Shown here one piece after another: positions 1-10,835 of a stretch of 64,000 bases of DNA. This DNA is from Promethearchaeota archaeon. Its GTDB lineage: Archaea > Asgardarchaeota > Lokiarchaeia > Sigyniarchaeales > SOKP01. The position numbers were made by a program, and so were the translations under genes. Under the pieces are notes generated by a model. That model worked only from the letters and a program-made list of their open reading frames with translations, was not told the origin of the DNA and made no database searches. The stretch is taken from NCBI GenBank assembly GCA_019058445.1, contig JAHPZA010000010.1, positions 636,035 to 700,034 on the forward strand. The letters are read 5' to 3'. The stretch's first letter is position 1. Each line of letters opens with the position of its first letter.

Positions 1-110
1 TTTAAATTAAATCTAAAAATCATAAGATTATTATTATCAAATAATTTAGGGAATTTTTATATTTTTTTAAATGTTCTATAAATTATCACATCGTGAGCTG
101 AGACACTGAG

Positions 111-776
111 TTGGAACATGAATACATAGAAAGGAATTACAATATCTTACAAAATAAAATGATTGAAGAGATGGATTTAGCTCTTGATTTCGGAAAAAAA
201 TTAGTAGACTCAGAATTAGATGCGGGAATTTTTAACTTTGTGGTAAAGCCGATTATAAAATCATTTTATAGTTATTGGAGTGTCCATGATGCCAGAACTG
301 GTACTTTAAAACAAATTGAAATTGCTTTAGATTGTGGAAAACAGCTATATAAAAATGGAGCTAGCCAAGAAGATTTTAATCGTGTGATTAACGAGAATTT
401 TCCAAACTACTTCCAAAATGATCAAATCTATAGACAATGCAGGAAAACCCATAAAGAATTCAAAAGATTAAAAGAAGTTACAAAAGAGACCTTTATTACT
501 CAAGTCAAGGAAGTAATAACCTTTCTGGGAATCAAAGAAAATGTAAGCGATTATAATGCATTAGTCAGAGCTGCTTTTAATTCAAAAGAAGAAGCATATA
601 AATCGTTAATTATTCAATTAGATTTCAATGATAAATGTATAAAGATTGTAGAAAAACATCCCTCAATCCTGAAAATCCCGACAGGAAAAAATATTATAAT
701 TAATGTTCTAAGAAAAGGATTTATTAAAACAAAAGAATATTTAATAAATGGATTGGACGAGATTTATGGGATTTAA
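111..776 (+). CDS. hypothetical protein (helical)
   Basis: 221-aa ORF with no recognisable motif. Confidence 0.6.
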   Translation: MEHEYIERNYNILQNKMIEEMDLALDFGKKLVDSELDAGIFNFVVKPIIKSFYSYWSVHDARTGTLKQIEIALDCGKQLYKNGASQEDFNRVINENFPNYFQNDQIYRQCRKTHKEFKRLKEVTKETFITQVKEVITFLGIKENVSDYNALVRAAFNSKEEAYKSLIIQLDFNDKCIKIVEKHPSILKIPTGKNIIINVLRKGFIKTKEYLINGLDEIYGI

Positions 777-815
777 TAGTTTCTTCCTTGTTTTAAGCTA
801 TTTTTAGAAATATGA

Positions 816-1970
816 ATGGAGTTTAATTTGAATAGTTCTTCCGCACAGCAAAAAACGCATCTTTTACGGAAAGTTTTCTTAAATCTATTTATAAGTGCAT
901 TTATTATTATATGCTATTTCTATGTATCAGAGGTTTTCGGTTCAATTTCAGCCCCCTATCAAAAAAACTCCAAGTTTTTAGTTCAATTTGGATTCACTTT
1001 ATTGCTTTTTACATTTTTTTCAGTATTAGCAGGTCCTTATCATGGTTTTATAGCCGGATTTATAGGAGAATATCTTTATCAATTAGCTTATTACAAATCG
1101 ATTTATCTTGATTGGTGTTTATTAATCGCATTCTGGGGATTTTTATGTGGAATCTATAAATATAAACCACTAAAATATCAAGAAATAAAGAATGTGATTT
1201 ATACTATTCTTCTTTTTGTTTTCAATTCACTAATTTTAATGTTATTACTTATATACATTCAAAAACAGTACTATTTAATTAATGAAAAGATACAATTCAT
1301 CTTTTTAAATTATGGACTCACATTTTTCTTTCAATCTTTAATTACAATTATATTTTTAGTCCCAATTCTTTTAATTTTATATGATAAGGCCTTAGCTACA
1401 CAGGAACGATATTGGTATTTTATGATATTAACACATCATCCCGTTTCGGCAAGTGATCATACTTTTTATTTAAAGTTTGGGAAGACTTATGTTTATTTCT
1501 GTTCTAGGTGTTCAGGTGTAATTATAGGAGGTATGATTGCAGCATTTTTTACACATTTAATAGAAAGGATTTATAACACAGAATTTAATCCCGAACTGGC
1601 TGTATTATTATGCATTATTTTACCAATACCCGGTTTGATCGATTGGGGCACTCAAAGAATGTTATTGCGAAAAAGTACAACTGAAACAAGACTTCTTACG
1701 GGATCAATAATTGGAAGCGCACTCCATCTTATGTCTTTTACAACGCCATATTATAACTTTATGTTATTCTTGTTGGTTTTATACTTTTCCATTCTATTCT
1801 TACTTATGTTTTTTGGACATCGTAAAGAAATGAAATTACAAAAAAAAGAATCTGAAGACCATTTTCCATCTAATAAGGAATATCAAATCAATAAAAAATT
1901 TTTTATTTACGATAAAAATGTCAAATATTATTTTCATTCATGGTTTGGAAAGTTCTGGCCAAGGTTTTAA
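816..1970 (+). CDS. polytopic membrane protein: ECF S-component-like N-half plus DUF2085-like C-half
   Basis: Many TM segments; LAGPYHGFIAGFIG motif; HH...FCSRCSG...PGLIDWGTQ...RLLTG resembles DUF2085. Confidence 0.6.
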   Translation: MEFNLNSSSAQQKTHLLRKVFLNLFISAFIIICYFYVSEVFGSISAPYQKNSKFLVQFGFTLLLFTFFSVLAGPYHGFIAGFIGEYLYQLAYYKSIYLDWCLLIAFWGFLCGIYKYKPLKYQEIKNVIYTILLFVFNSLILMLLLIYIQKQYYLINEKIQFIFLNYGLTFFFQSLITIIFLVPILLILYDKALATQERYWYFMILTHHPVSASDHTFYLKFGKTYVYFCSRCSGVIIGGMIAAFFTHLIERIYNTEFNPELAVLLCIILPIPGLIDWGTQRMLLRKSTTETRLLTGSIIGSALHLMSFTTPYYNFMLFLLVLYFSILFLLMFFGHRKEMKLQKKESEDHFPSNKEYQINKKFFIYDKNVKYYFHSWFGKFWPRF

Positions 1971-2433
1971 AGGTCAATTATTTAAAAAAGTTCTGCCAGG
2001 AATTTTAACGCCTGATTTTAGAGCATATACCCCCAATATTTCTTATAAAGATTTATTAAGAGAAAGAATGGCACAACTATATAAAATCTTGAAGAAAAAT
2101 AAGAAATGGATTTTGATCGGCTCGAGTCTTGGGGGTTTAATGGGAGCCTTATATACTTGTCAATTTCCAAACAAAGTATCTCTGTTAATTTTACTCGCTC
2201 CTGTTTTATCAACTCCATATCTAAATCCTATTAAATTTCAGCCTATTGATATTCCAGTCATAGTATTTCATGGTAGGAATGACCAAGTTGTTCCATTAAA
2301 ATCATCCCGGTCTCGAGCAGAAAAGTTGTTTACTAATCTAACCTATAACGTAGTTGATGATGATCACATGCTACACTCCACCGTGTTAAAAATAAACTGG
2401 CCCCATTTGACAAGAATTTCAAACTCAATTTAA
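1918..2433 (+). CDS. alpha/beta hydrolase (YqiA-like esterase)
   Basis: FIHGLES, GSSLGG nucleophile elbow, HGRNDQVV, DDDH. Confidence 0.85.
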   Translation: MSNIIFIHGLESSGQGFKGQLFKKVLPGILTPDFRAYTPNISYKDLLRERMAQLYKILKKNKKWILIGSSLGGLMGALYTCQFPNKVSLLILLAPVLSTPYLNPIKFQPIDIPVIVFHGRNDQVVPLKSSRSRAEKLFTNLTYNVVDDDHMLHSTVLKINWPHLTRISNSI

Positions 2434-2590
2434 AGTTAAACTATATAGTATAAGATGTCCTTAAAAACTGGACTCCAACTAATTTTTAATTGAGTATTAG
2501 TAGATTTTAATTGAGAGAATGTGATCATATATTTCTCTAAAATCATAAAAAATAAAAAAAATAAAAAAAATCACTAATATAAGGGAAAAA

Positions 2591-4084
2591 ATGTCAAAAA
2601 AAATTTATGTTTGCAGAAATTGTGGAAATACTTTCCCAGATGAGTTATCTCACCTTATTGAGAGTAAAACTCGGGTTTTCTGTGAACGGTGCGGAAGTCC
2701 ATTTACCTTAGAGGGTATTAAATTTAAAGAACCCGAAATACAACGTAAAGAAAAAGAAAAAAAACCCCGGAAAACGTCTGAAGAAGAAACATCCCCCTTA
2801 GAGAGTATTATAAATGTATTAAATATTATCTCATGGATTCCAATACTTATTGTATCGATTGTACTGTTATTTATACCATTCCGTTTCCCTATGGGGATAG
2901 CGGGGATAATGATATCGCTTTATGATAAAAAATTCATTGCTAAAAGAGTAAAAGAGAAAAGATATGATCGGATTTTTGTGGATTCTATTGGCCTTGGAAT
3001 TTTGGGTTGTATTATTTTTGGTACTGGCGCCATACTGGTACTTAAAGGAGTTTTTATTTTTATTTATGAAATAAGTAATTCACAAGATCAAACATTTTAC
3101 GAATTTGGACTTAAAATCAAGACCTCGTTAAATAATTTTTCCGCTTTAGGTGCTATCATAATATTTCTCTTTGTAATCAATGCTTTCATTAACTTCAATA
3201 TTTTTCCCGAATTTCCAACTGGAGTGTTTGTTGTATCCACTATATTTTTGATAAGTGCAATAATTGTAGATTTAAGATTAAGAAGTAAAATTAAAGAAAA
3301 AATTAAATTTTCTTTTGAATACGCTCTAATCTTGATTTTTTTTGGCATCATCGGATTATTTATGGGTGCGGCAGGTATTTTTATCTTGTTAAAAGGGGTA
3401 GTAATTCTTATTTTAGTATTTGGAAAGCCACCAGAAAGTAAAGAAATTGAGGTTGGCGAAGAATCACCAATTGAAGATAAAAGAGAATTTAAAGAGATTG
3501 AACAACCTGCATATAAAGAACGGGATAAAGAGCTATCTATTCCAACTAAAAAGATAGATAAAGAAGAGCTGGAAATTCCAACTTCAGAAGAAGTTCCTGC
3601 AAGCAAAATTCCTAAAGAAAAACCAATAGAAAAAGCAGAAGATATTGCATTTAAGGAACAAATTAGCAAAGAGAAAGAAAAACCTAGAATTGATGAAGAA
3701 ATAGAGATGGAAACCAGACTTCATGAATCTCTTTTGCCAATCAAGGATGATAAAGATAAAAAACTTGTTAAACAATATTTTTCAAAAATATTTACGGTCC
3801 TGTCAAAGGATATAAGGAAACAAATCAAAGATTTAGACATTCCGAATAAAGAAAAAAAAGATTTATTACAAGAACTAGCATATCTCACAAAGGAAGAACA
3901 GATCAAATATATCGAGGCGATCGTCAATTTGTACTTAGAAAGATTACCAATTAAATTAATAGAACGTATTCGTTCTCTCCCAAATGTGAAACCTGAGCAT
4001 TTAGTTATAATTGCTGAGCAGTTAAAGTTCATGGATTTTGATGAACAGGAAAGATATATCCAATTTTTAGAAAATAATGCTTAA
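2591..4084 (+). CDS. zinc-ribbon membrane protein with charged linker and helical C-terminal domain
   Basis: CRNC...CERC, duplicated TM block (GTGAILVLKGV / AAGIFILLKGV), E/K-rich linker. Confidence 0.65.
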   Translation: MSKKIYVCRNCGNTFPDELSHLIESKTRVFCERCGSPFTLEGIKFKEPEIQRKEKEKKPRKTSEEETSPLESIINVLNIISWIPILIVSIVLLFIPFRFPMGIAGIMISLYDKKFIAKRVKEKRYDRIFVDSIGLGILGCIIFGTGAILVLKGVFIFIYEISNSQDQTFYEFGLKIKTSLNNFSALGAIIIFLFVINAFINFNIFPEFPTGVFVVSTIFLISAIIVDLRLRSKIKEKIKFSFEYALILIFFGIIGLFMGAAGIFILLKGVVILILVFGKPPESKEIEVGEESPIEDKREFKEIEQPAYKERDKELSIPTKKIDKEELEIPTSEEVPASKIPKEKPIEKAEDIAFKEQISKEKEKPRIDEEIEMETRLHESLLPIKDDKDKKLVKQYFSKIFTVLSKDIRKQIKDLDIPNKEKKDLLQELAYLTKEEQIKYIEAIVNLYLERLPIKLIERIRSLPNVKPEHLVIIAEQLKFMDFDEQERYIQFLENNA

Positions 4085-4113
4085 ATGTAAACGTATAGAT
4101 ACTAGCTGATAAA

Positions 4114-5028
4114 ATGTCACTTGAAAGAAGAAGGGAAACTAAAAAGCCAGAGAAGGAAAAAATGCTAGAGGAAAGTACATTTAGGCAAGAAGATTTCACT
4201 CCTTTACCAGAGAAAGTAAAGAAAGATAAAAAAGAAGAGATAATTAAAGATTCAAAAAAACTAGTGATAGATGATGAATTAAGTGTAATTGAAAAAGATG
4301 TATTAGAAATCGCAAAAGATATTCTAAAGCTCAAACGTTATGATGCCGAATTTGTGGTCGAATCTGAAGCAGAAATACAAAAATATCCTATCATTGAAAA
4401 ATTATATGCAAAATGTATAGCCAAACTCTCATATAATAAAGGTTATTCAAAAGATGATATTTTTCTTGCTATTAGAAGTCTGGAGGAAAAAAATTGGATT
4501 GTAACCAATGAGAGAAGAACTAAACTTGAAGTATTAAATAATAAAAAATTAACTAAAATTTTAGATTTTATTAAAGATAATCCTGGTATTCATGCCAGAG
4601 ACGAAAAAGTTGAAAAAGTATTAAACATTACACGCACTCCATTTTTAAAACATGTTATGACATTAGAGAGATTTAAGTTGATAAGATCAAAAAAAATTGG
4701 GAAATCTCTTCACTATTTTCCCATTGAAATTGAAGAAGATGATGAATTAGATCAATTTAAAGTCATATTTTTAAATCCCTTAATCCCAAGAATATTAGAA
4801 GAATTTTTTAAGGATGATTTAGTTTCTATTTCTCAAATTGGCCAAAACCTCGATATCTATTCAGGTACAATTCAATACCATGTAAAGAAGTTAATTGATC
4901 TTAATTTAATAAAATCAGCAAAAAATCAATCTGGGAAAAAAATTCATTTGGTAAATATAGAATTAATTCAGCAATATAATAACATTTTTAAAGAACCTGA
5001 TTTTTCTGAATTATTAAAAGGTCTATAA
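4114..5028 (+). CDS. tandem winged helix-turn-helix protein
   Basis: ILDFIKDNPGIH...HVMTLERFKLI and SISQIGQNLDIYSGTIQYHVKKLIDLNLI. Confidence 0.75.
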   Translation: MSLERRRETKKPEKEKMLEESTFRQEDFTPLPEKVKKDKKEEIIKDSKKLVIDDELSVIEKDVLEIAKDILKLKRYDAEFVVESEAEIQKYPIIEKLYAKCIAKLSYNKGYSKDDIFLAIRSLEEKNWIVTNERRTKLEVLNNKKLTKILDFIKDNPGIHARDEKVEKVLNITRTPFLKHVMTLERFKLIRSKKIGKSLHYFPIEIEEDDELDQFKVIFLNPLIPRILEEFFKDDLVSISQIGQNLDIYSGTIQYHVKKLIDLNLIKSAKNQSGKKIHLVNIELIQQYNNIFKEPDFSELLKGL

Positions 5029-5215
5029 TCCTATTTTAATGGTGCTCTTTATCTAATCATATAATTTAAGAAGAATTATGTCTGAAAATAATATATAAGA
5101 GAATTTATAACAATTTTACTTACAAATAAAAATCTTAATATTTTAATAATTAACTTCTTATCACAATATTGAATGATAATAGTAATTTAGTTTTAAAATT
5201 AATAATAAAATAAAT

Positions 5216-6022
5216 TTGCCATCATCATATAAATCTAAAGTAATAGCTGTTGGATCTGATAGTTCTGTCAAAGAACTATTTTTTAAAAGTTGTGAGCATA
5301 AATTTAGTTCTTGTTGTGACACTTCGTACTGGACTATTGGGCTTTCTATTAAAATAATAGAATATTCAAATGAAGATGAAGATTCGATTGCTATAGCTTT
5401 ATGGGATATAAATTCTGGTGAGAGATTTCAGTTTCTTTTTCCTAATTTTCTCAGAGGAGCTTCTGGTTGTTTATTATTTTTAGATTACTCAAAGGATCAA
5501 TTAATCGAAGATCTGAATGATTGGTTAGATATCATAAGAGAAAATACAGATTATAATATTCCAATATTTGTAATTGGAAGTAGTAATGATTTGAAAAACA
5601 GAGTAAATTATAAAGAAATTCTTGACTTTATAGAAAACCATAATTTAGATGGATTTTATTTAATATCAACAGAAACCCGATCACGAGATACAATTATTTT
5701 AAATCAAATTTCAAGAAAAGTGCTTGAAAATCTTAAACTAAGACCTAATAGTTTTAGTATAGAAGATAATCTTAAAGCAGAAAGGCGATCCCAATTTCAA
5801 GAGTTTATTAGATACTTTTCATTTTGCCCTATCTGTGGAAAAGAGAATCATAAAAGCTACTTAAGTAAATTTTACTTTAACCAAAACACATATCCAAGAT
5901 CGTTTAAAGAAAATTTGTTGCTATTAATGGAGAAATCGAAAAGATTTGATAAGATCTACGAAAATGAGATTAAAGTGGGAATTCCTTGTTGTTCCTGTTT
6001 TGAAAAGTTTTTTTCTAATTAA
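5216..6022 (+). CDS. divergent Rab-like GTPase with C-terminal Cys cluster
   Basis: TIGLSI, LWDINSGERFQFLFPNFLRGASG, IPIFVIG; degenerate P-loop; CPICG...PCCSC. Confidence 0.75.
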   Translation: MPSSYKSKVIAVGSDSSVKELFFKSCEHKFSSCCDTSYWTIGLSIKIIEYSNEDEDSIAIALWDINSGERFQFLFPNFLRGASGCLLFLDYSKDQLIEDLNDWLDIIRENTDYNIPIFVIGSSNDLKNRVNYKEILDFIENHNLDGFYLISTETRSRDTIILNQISRKVLENLKLRPNSFSIEDNLKAERRSQFQEFIRYFSFCPICGKENHKSYLSKFYFNQNTYPRSFKENLLLLMEKSKRFDKIYENEIKVGIPCCSCFEKFFSN

Positions 6023-6110
6023 TAGAAATATTTTTTAATTTTGGAAAATACCCCTTTTTCTTCAATAAGAAGCTGATATAGTACATTAAGTAATTATATG
6101 TAATAGTTTT

Positions 6111-7520
6111 TTATCGAGAGTTTTTGTTCTCTAGTAATTCTTTCAATTTATCCTTTTCTCGGCTGAATTTTTGAATGGTTTTAAGCCCTCCTTCAATTAC
6201 ACGTCTAGATTTTACGTCTAATGGATTTCCATCAAGCTTTAAAAAATATTGTTTTATTCCTTTTAGTTTCCATAATGAACCGGGAATTGTTCTAAATTTA
6301 TTATGTCTTAAATCTAATTCTTGAAGATCTTGCAAATTAAAAAGAGAACTTGGAAGTGTATGTAATTTATTATTTCTTAAATCCAAAGTTTTAAGAGATT
6401 TCAGATTGCCAATAGACTCTGGTAGGGTCTCTATTTTGTTATTCACTATATATAGCCGTTGAAGTGATTTAAGATTTCCAAAAGACTCTGGTAGGGATTT
6501 TAATTGATTTTCCTCAAGAAATAGTTTTTCAAGCGATTTAAGATTATCAAATGATTCTGGAATTGCATATAACTCATTCCCCTCAAAAAATAATCTTTTT
6601 AATCGAGTGAGTTTAAGTAATGCGTCTGGGAATTTTTTGAACCGATTTTTACTTAAATCCAATGATCTTAATGATTTTAAATTTCCAAATGATTTTGGAA
6701 GTGTATCTAATAAATTTTCTCTTAATCGAAATACTTCTAGATTTTCAAAATTTCCAATGGAATTAGGAAGCTTTTTCAATTGATTATGACTAAAATCTAA
6801 AGTATGAAGTGATTTTAAGGAAAGAAGAGGATTAATTAGCGAATCTGCTATGTTTCTTAATCCATTACTGGCCAAAGAGAGAGTATGGAGAGCATTTAAA
6901 TTTTTAAGAGAATCTGGAAGAGATTTTATGTTATTATTTTCAAGATTTAATAGATTTAATGATTTTAAATTAGTTATTGATTCAGGTAAATGGTCTAATA
7001 TGTTTTTGTTTAAAAATAATTTTCTAAGTGAATTTAGTCTTTCAAAAGATTCAGGTAAATCATTTATCTGGTTATCACTCAACTCTAATAGTTCAATTGA
7101 ATGAAAATTTCCAAAAAATTCTGGAAGTAAAGATATTTTGTTTGAATCCAATTTTAATTCTTGGAGAGAGTCAAGATTACCTATTGTTTTTGGTAATGTA
7201 GTTAAAGAATTCCATGATAAATTCAAATTTCGGAGAAGATGTAAATTTTCAATTGAGCCTGGAATTGATTTTAATGAATTGTATGATAAATATAATTCTT
7301 TTAGTTCTTTAAATTCAAATATTACTGTAGGGAATTTTTTCAATCTACAATTATACAACCATAATCCAGTAACATGACTATCTTTATTGATTTTGAATCC
7401 AAAGGCAGGTAAACCCCGTTCATCCAGAAACGGAATTTTTTTTCCAATAATTTTATTTAATTGCTTTAAAGCTTTAGCTTGCTCTGGTTCAATATCATAA
7501 CTTTCATAAGTTTGGCTCAA
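6111..7520 (-). CDS. leucine-rich repeat protein
   Basis: About 16 LRRs of type LxxLxLxxNxLxxLPxSIGNL. Confidence 0.95.
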   Translation of the reverse strand: MSQTYESYDIEPEQAKALKQLNKIIGKKIPFLDERGLPAFGFKINKDSHVTGLWLYNCRLKKFPTVIFEFKELKELYLSYNSLKSIPGSIENLHLLRNLNLSWNSLTTLPKTIGNLDSLQELKLDSNKISLLPEFFGNFHSIELLELSDNQINDLPESFERLNSLRKLFLNKNILDHLPESITNLKSLNLLNLENNNIKSLPDSLKNLNALHTLSLASNGLRNIADSLINPLLSLKSLHTLDFSHNQLKKLPNSIGNFENLEVFRLRENLLDTLPKSFGNLKSLRSLDLSKNRFKKFPDALLKLTRLKRLFFEGNELYAIPESFDNLKSLEKLFLEENQLKSLPESFGNLKSLQRLYIVNNKIETLPESIGNLKSLKTLDLRNNKLHTLPSSLFNLQDLQELDLRHNKFRTIPGSLWKLKGIKQYFLKLDGNPLDVKSRRVIEGGLKTIQKFSREKDKLKELLENKNSR

Positions 7521-7679
7521 TGTGTTTTACTCTTTAGTATTTTCTTGGAATTCACAATTTGGATATTACAATAAATATGTTGATAATCAATTTTAATAGT
7601 TGTGATTATATGTCACTCTTATTCAATCTAAATTTTTATTTCTTAGGTTTTTAATTTTACCAATATTTTGATAATTTAT

Positions 7680-8564
7680 TTAATCTAATAGAGATTTAAC
7701 TTTTGGAAGGGATTTGATCATTACTTTAATAGCGGTATCAATTCCAGACTCCACATCAAGATGAATCTCATTAGTTTTAAGAAAATCATATTTAGAATTA
7801 CCGGGTAAATCTGATACTGAGAGGAGTGATATGGTTTTTAAATTGTAAATCTTTCCTAATAGGAATAAAATAGATGTTTCCATATCGATTGCCCCAACAT
7901 TAATGGATCTTAGGGAATTTATGAGATCATGTGTCTCACAAAATAGAGCATCGGTTGTCCATAAATCAGCCTCTTTGACTTTATTAGGAATTGAAGAACT
8001 AGCTTCGCTTACTAATAAATTTTTCAATTCTTCATGTGGTTTCGTTACAAACACTGTTTCATTTCCAGTTATTATTTGTTGAAATCTGGATAATGGATTT
8101 TGAATGGATTCTAATTGACTTAATAATTCACTATGCTTCAATATATATTGTGCTGAAGTACCATCTCCGCAATAGGCAAGTTTGGGAATAATTATATCTC
8201 CAATTTGTATACTACTTGAAGAATTTTCAATACCGCCACAAAAATCAGTTCTTATAACGATTTTAGTTTTACATCGTTTTAAACTCTCCATGGCAATAGC
8301 ACAATTTGGACACCCCACTAAAGATCGAATTATACTTACTTTCACTTCATTTAATAGTCCATTATAAACCCTGCCATATACTCGTTTATTTTGCAATTTA
8401 TTAACAATTTTTCTCATCACCATTTTAACTGCTGGCATAATTACGATTTCATTTACATTTGATGGACTCGTCTCTAAGAATATTCTAACTATTTTCTCAT
8501 CTACACTAATGAATTTTAAACCCAAATTCAATAACTCATTTTTTAGTTTATCAATCATTTCCAA
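7680..8564 (-). CDS. purine/uridine nucleoside phosphorylase family protein (divergent)
   Basis: VGCPNCAIAMESL, RTDFCGG, GDGTS, WTTDALFCET, IDMETS, SVSD. Confidence 0.8.
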   Translation of the reverse strand: MEMIDKLKNELLNLGLKFISVDEKIVRIFLETSPSNVNEIVIMPAVKMVMRKIVNKLQNKRVYGRVYNGLLNEVKVSIIRSLVGCPNCAIAMESLKRCKTKIVIRTDFCGGIENSSSSIQIGDIIIPKLAYCGDGTSAQYILKHSELLSQLESIQNPLSRFQQIITGNETVFVTKPHEELKNLLVSEASSSIPNKVKEADLWTTDALFCETHDLINSLRSINVGAIDMETSILFLLGKIYNLKTISLLSVSDLPGNSKYDFLKTNEIHLDVESGIDTAIKVMIKSLPKVKSLLD

Positions 8565-8825
8565 TCAAAAAATTATAGTTTTTACAACTTAAATTAATTT
8601 TCTAAAAGAATAGTTAATTTATTCCAGTTTAATTTACTTCTTTTGCTTAAATTAGTCATTATCCTATTTAAAATTTTAAGGAAATATTATTATAATTTAT
8701 AAGTCGTGCAGTAATTAAATAGAAACTTATATTTTTTAATGAATATATTAATTTACGTTTGATTAATAAAATAATTTGTACTTATAAAATACAGAGATTA
8801 TTAGCGTTTATATTGGTAAACTGTA

Positions 8826-10115
8826 ATGAACAATCGATTCATTGTGGATAAAAAAATTACAAATGAGTTTGTCGAAACTTATACAAAAACAACCTATAGG
8901 ATAATAGGCAAAGAAAGACATTCCGCAATTAAACCTTGCCACTGGTTAGAACAAAAATTGATGACGGGGAGGAACAATCGCAATTGTTATAAAGGTGTGT
9001 TTGGAATACAGAGCCATCGTTGCTTACAAAATTCACCATCTCTTCCTTTTTGCACTCATCAATGTGTTTTTTGTTGGAGAGATATAGAGAAAGAGGGGAT
9101 TGGAAATGAATTTTTGGTTGAACCAGATGAACCTGCATATTTAGTAGAAGAAATGATTCGTCATCAACAAGATATTATAAAGAATCACTTACCTCTAAGA
9201 AGATATCTTGATAATTATGAGATTATGAACGACGTACTTTATTTTATGTTAACTAATAAAGGAAACAACAGTATAAATTCTATTTCTAATAATGTTCATG
9301 TGAGTAAAAATAAAATAGAACGAGCTATGACATTATTGAAGAATCAAAAATTTATAATTCCAATTGATAGTTCATTAAACATTTTTAGGATTGATGAAGA
9401 TATAAGCTGTTGCATTGATTCAAGAGAAGAAATAGAGGATTTGATTAATCGAGAGCTAACTACACCAGATGAGATCATGCAAGCCCATGGTGAAGCTTTA
9501 CATCCTAACCATGCAGCAATATCTTTGGATGGTGAACCAATGTTATATCCTAACATGTCAGATTTTGTGAATGAGTTCAAGAAAAGGAATATGACAACCT
9601 TTATCGTAACTAATGGTACTTTACCAGAAGCAATAAATAAGTTAGTATCTTTACCAAATCAATTGTATCTGACTTTACCTGCTCCAAATGAAAAAATATA
9701 TAAAAAGACATGTCATCCAACTATTAAAAATGGTTGGAAAAAAATAATGGAATCATTAGAGATGATTAGTTCATTAGATTGCAGAACCTTAGTAAGATTA
9801 ACAGCAGTTAAAAACCTAAATGTAAGCGAGAAAATAATTAAAGAGTATATAAAAATTATAGAACAGGTTAATCCTAATTTTTTTGAAATTAAAGGATTTA
9901 CATTACAGGCTAAAGCACTTTCAATCAAAGAACGATTAAAGAGCGATAAGCCCCTCCAATACTTTTTTCCAGAATATGAGTATTTGAAAAAAATTGCCCT
10001 TATATTTGAAGAGTTAAGTAATTTTCCTTTAATTTATATAAATGAACCGAGTAGAGATTTTTTATTTGCAGTAAATTGGGAGAAAGAAAAGGATCCAAAA
10101 ATTGTAGCACCCTAG
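8826..10115 (+). CDS. taw1: 4-demethylwyosine synthase Taw1/TYW1 (radical SAM) with internal insertion
   Basis: HSAIKPCHW, CYK, SHRCLQ, CTHQCVFCWR, HAAISLDGEP, TFIVTNGT. Confidence 0.9.
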   Translation: MNNRFIVDKKITNEFVETYTKTTYRIIGKERHSAIKPCHWLEQKLMTGRNNRNCYKGVFGIQSHRCLQNSPSLPFCTHQCVFCWRDIEKEGIGNEFLVEPDEPAYLVEEMIRHQQDIIKNHLPLRRYLDNYEIMNDVLYFMLTNKGNNSINSISNNVHVSKNKIERAMTLLKNQKFIIPIDSSLNIFRIDEDISCCIDSREEIEDLINRELTTPDEIMQAHGEALHPNHAAISLDGEPMLYPNMSDFVNEFKKRNMTTFIVTNGTLPEAINKLVSLPNQLYLTLPAPNEKIYKKTCHPTIKNGWKKIMESLEMISSLDCRTLVRLTAVKNLNVSEKIIKEYIKIIEQVNPNFFEIKGFTLQAKALSIKERLKSDKPLQYFFPEYEYLKKIALIFEELSNFPLIYINEPSRDFLFAVNWEKEKDPKIVAP

Positions 10116-10220
10116 AAAATAAATTTCCATCTTGACTACTAAATTTTAAAGATAATATCGAGAGCTATTTAGGATAAATTCATAAGATTAAGATATGATT
10201 AAATACTTTATAGGTCAATC

Positions 10221-10829
10221 ATGTTTGTAGTCTGCTTCGATCTTGAAGGAGTTTTTACCCCAGAAATATGGATTACTGTAGCAGAAGCAACGGGAATAGA
10301 TGAACTAAAAATCACGACTAGAGAAGAACCTAATTACGATAAACTTATGAAGAAAAGGATAGAATTACTTAGATTAAATAAGATTAATCTTAAAGACATT
10401 CAGACTATCATATCAAAAATGGAATTATTACCTGGTGCTGAAGAATTTATGGGTTGGATTCGCTCAGTGGCTCAAGTTGCAGTAATTACAGACAATTATA
10501 AGGAATTTTTAATGCCATTGTTAAAGAAACTGGGATTTCCCCTTTGTTTTCATCATCAACTTGAAGTGGATGAAAATGGCATGATATCAAATTATCACTT
10601 AACAACGAAAGATATGAAAAAAAAGGCTGTACAGTTTTTTAGAGACATGAATTATAAAGTTATTGCCGTAGGTGATTCTTACAACGATATTGATATGTTA
10701 AAGGAAGCTGAACATGGGATATTATTTAAACCGCCACAAAATGTCATAGATGAATTTCCAGAGTTTCCTGTTGTAAATAATTATTCTGATTTTAAAGTGA
10801 TCTTATCAAATCATCTAAGAATTTCTTAG
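10221..10829 (+). CDS. thrH: phosphoserine phosphatase/homoserine phosphotransferase (HAD)
   Basis: CFDLEGVFTPEIW, TTREEPNYDKLM, VGDSYNDIDML. Confidence 0.9.
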   Translation: MFVVCFDLEGVFTPEIWITVAEATGIDELKITTREEPNYDKLMKKRIELLRLNKINLKDIQTIISKMELLPGAEEFMGWIRSVAQVAVITDNYKEFLMPLLKKLGFPLCFHHQLEVDENGMISNYHLTTKDMKKKAVQFFRDMNYKVIAVGDSYNDIDMLKEAEHGILFKPPQNVIDEFPEFPVVNNYSDFKVILSNHLRIS

Positions 10830-10835
10830 AAATTT

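Noticed and set aside
6111-7520. Periodic DNA repeats suggesting a CRISPR or tandem array
   Set aside because: The periodicity comes from LRR coding; there are no identical repeats with spacers.
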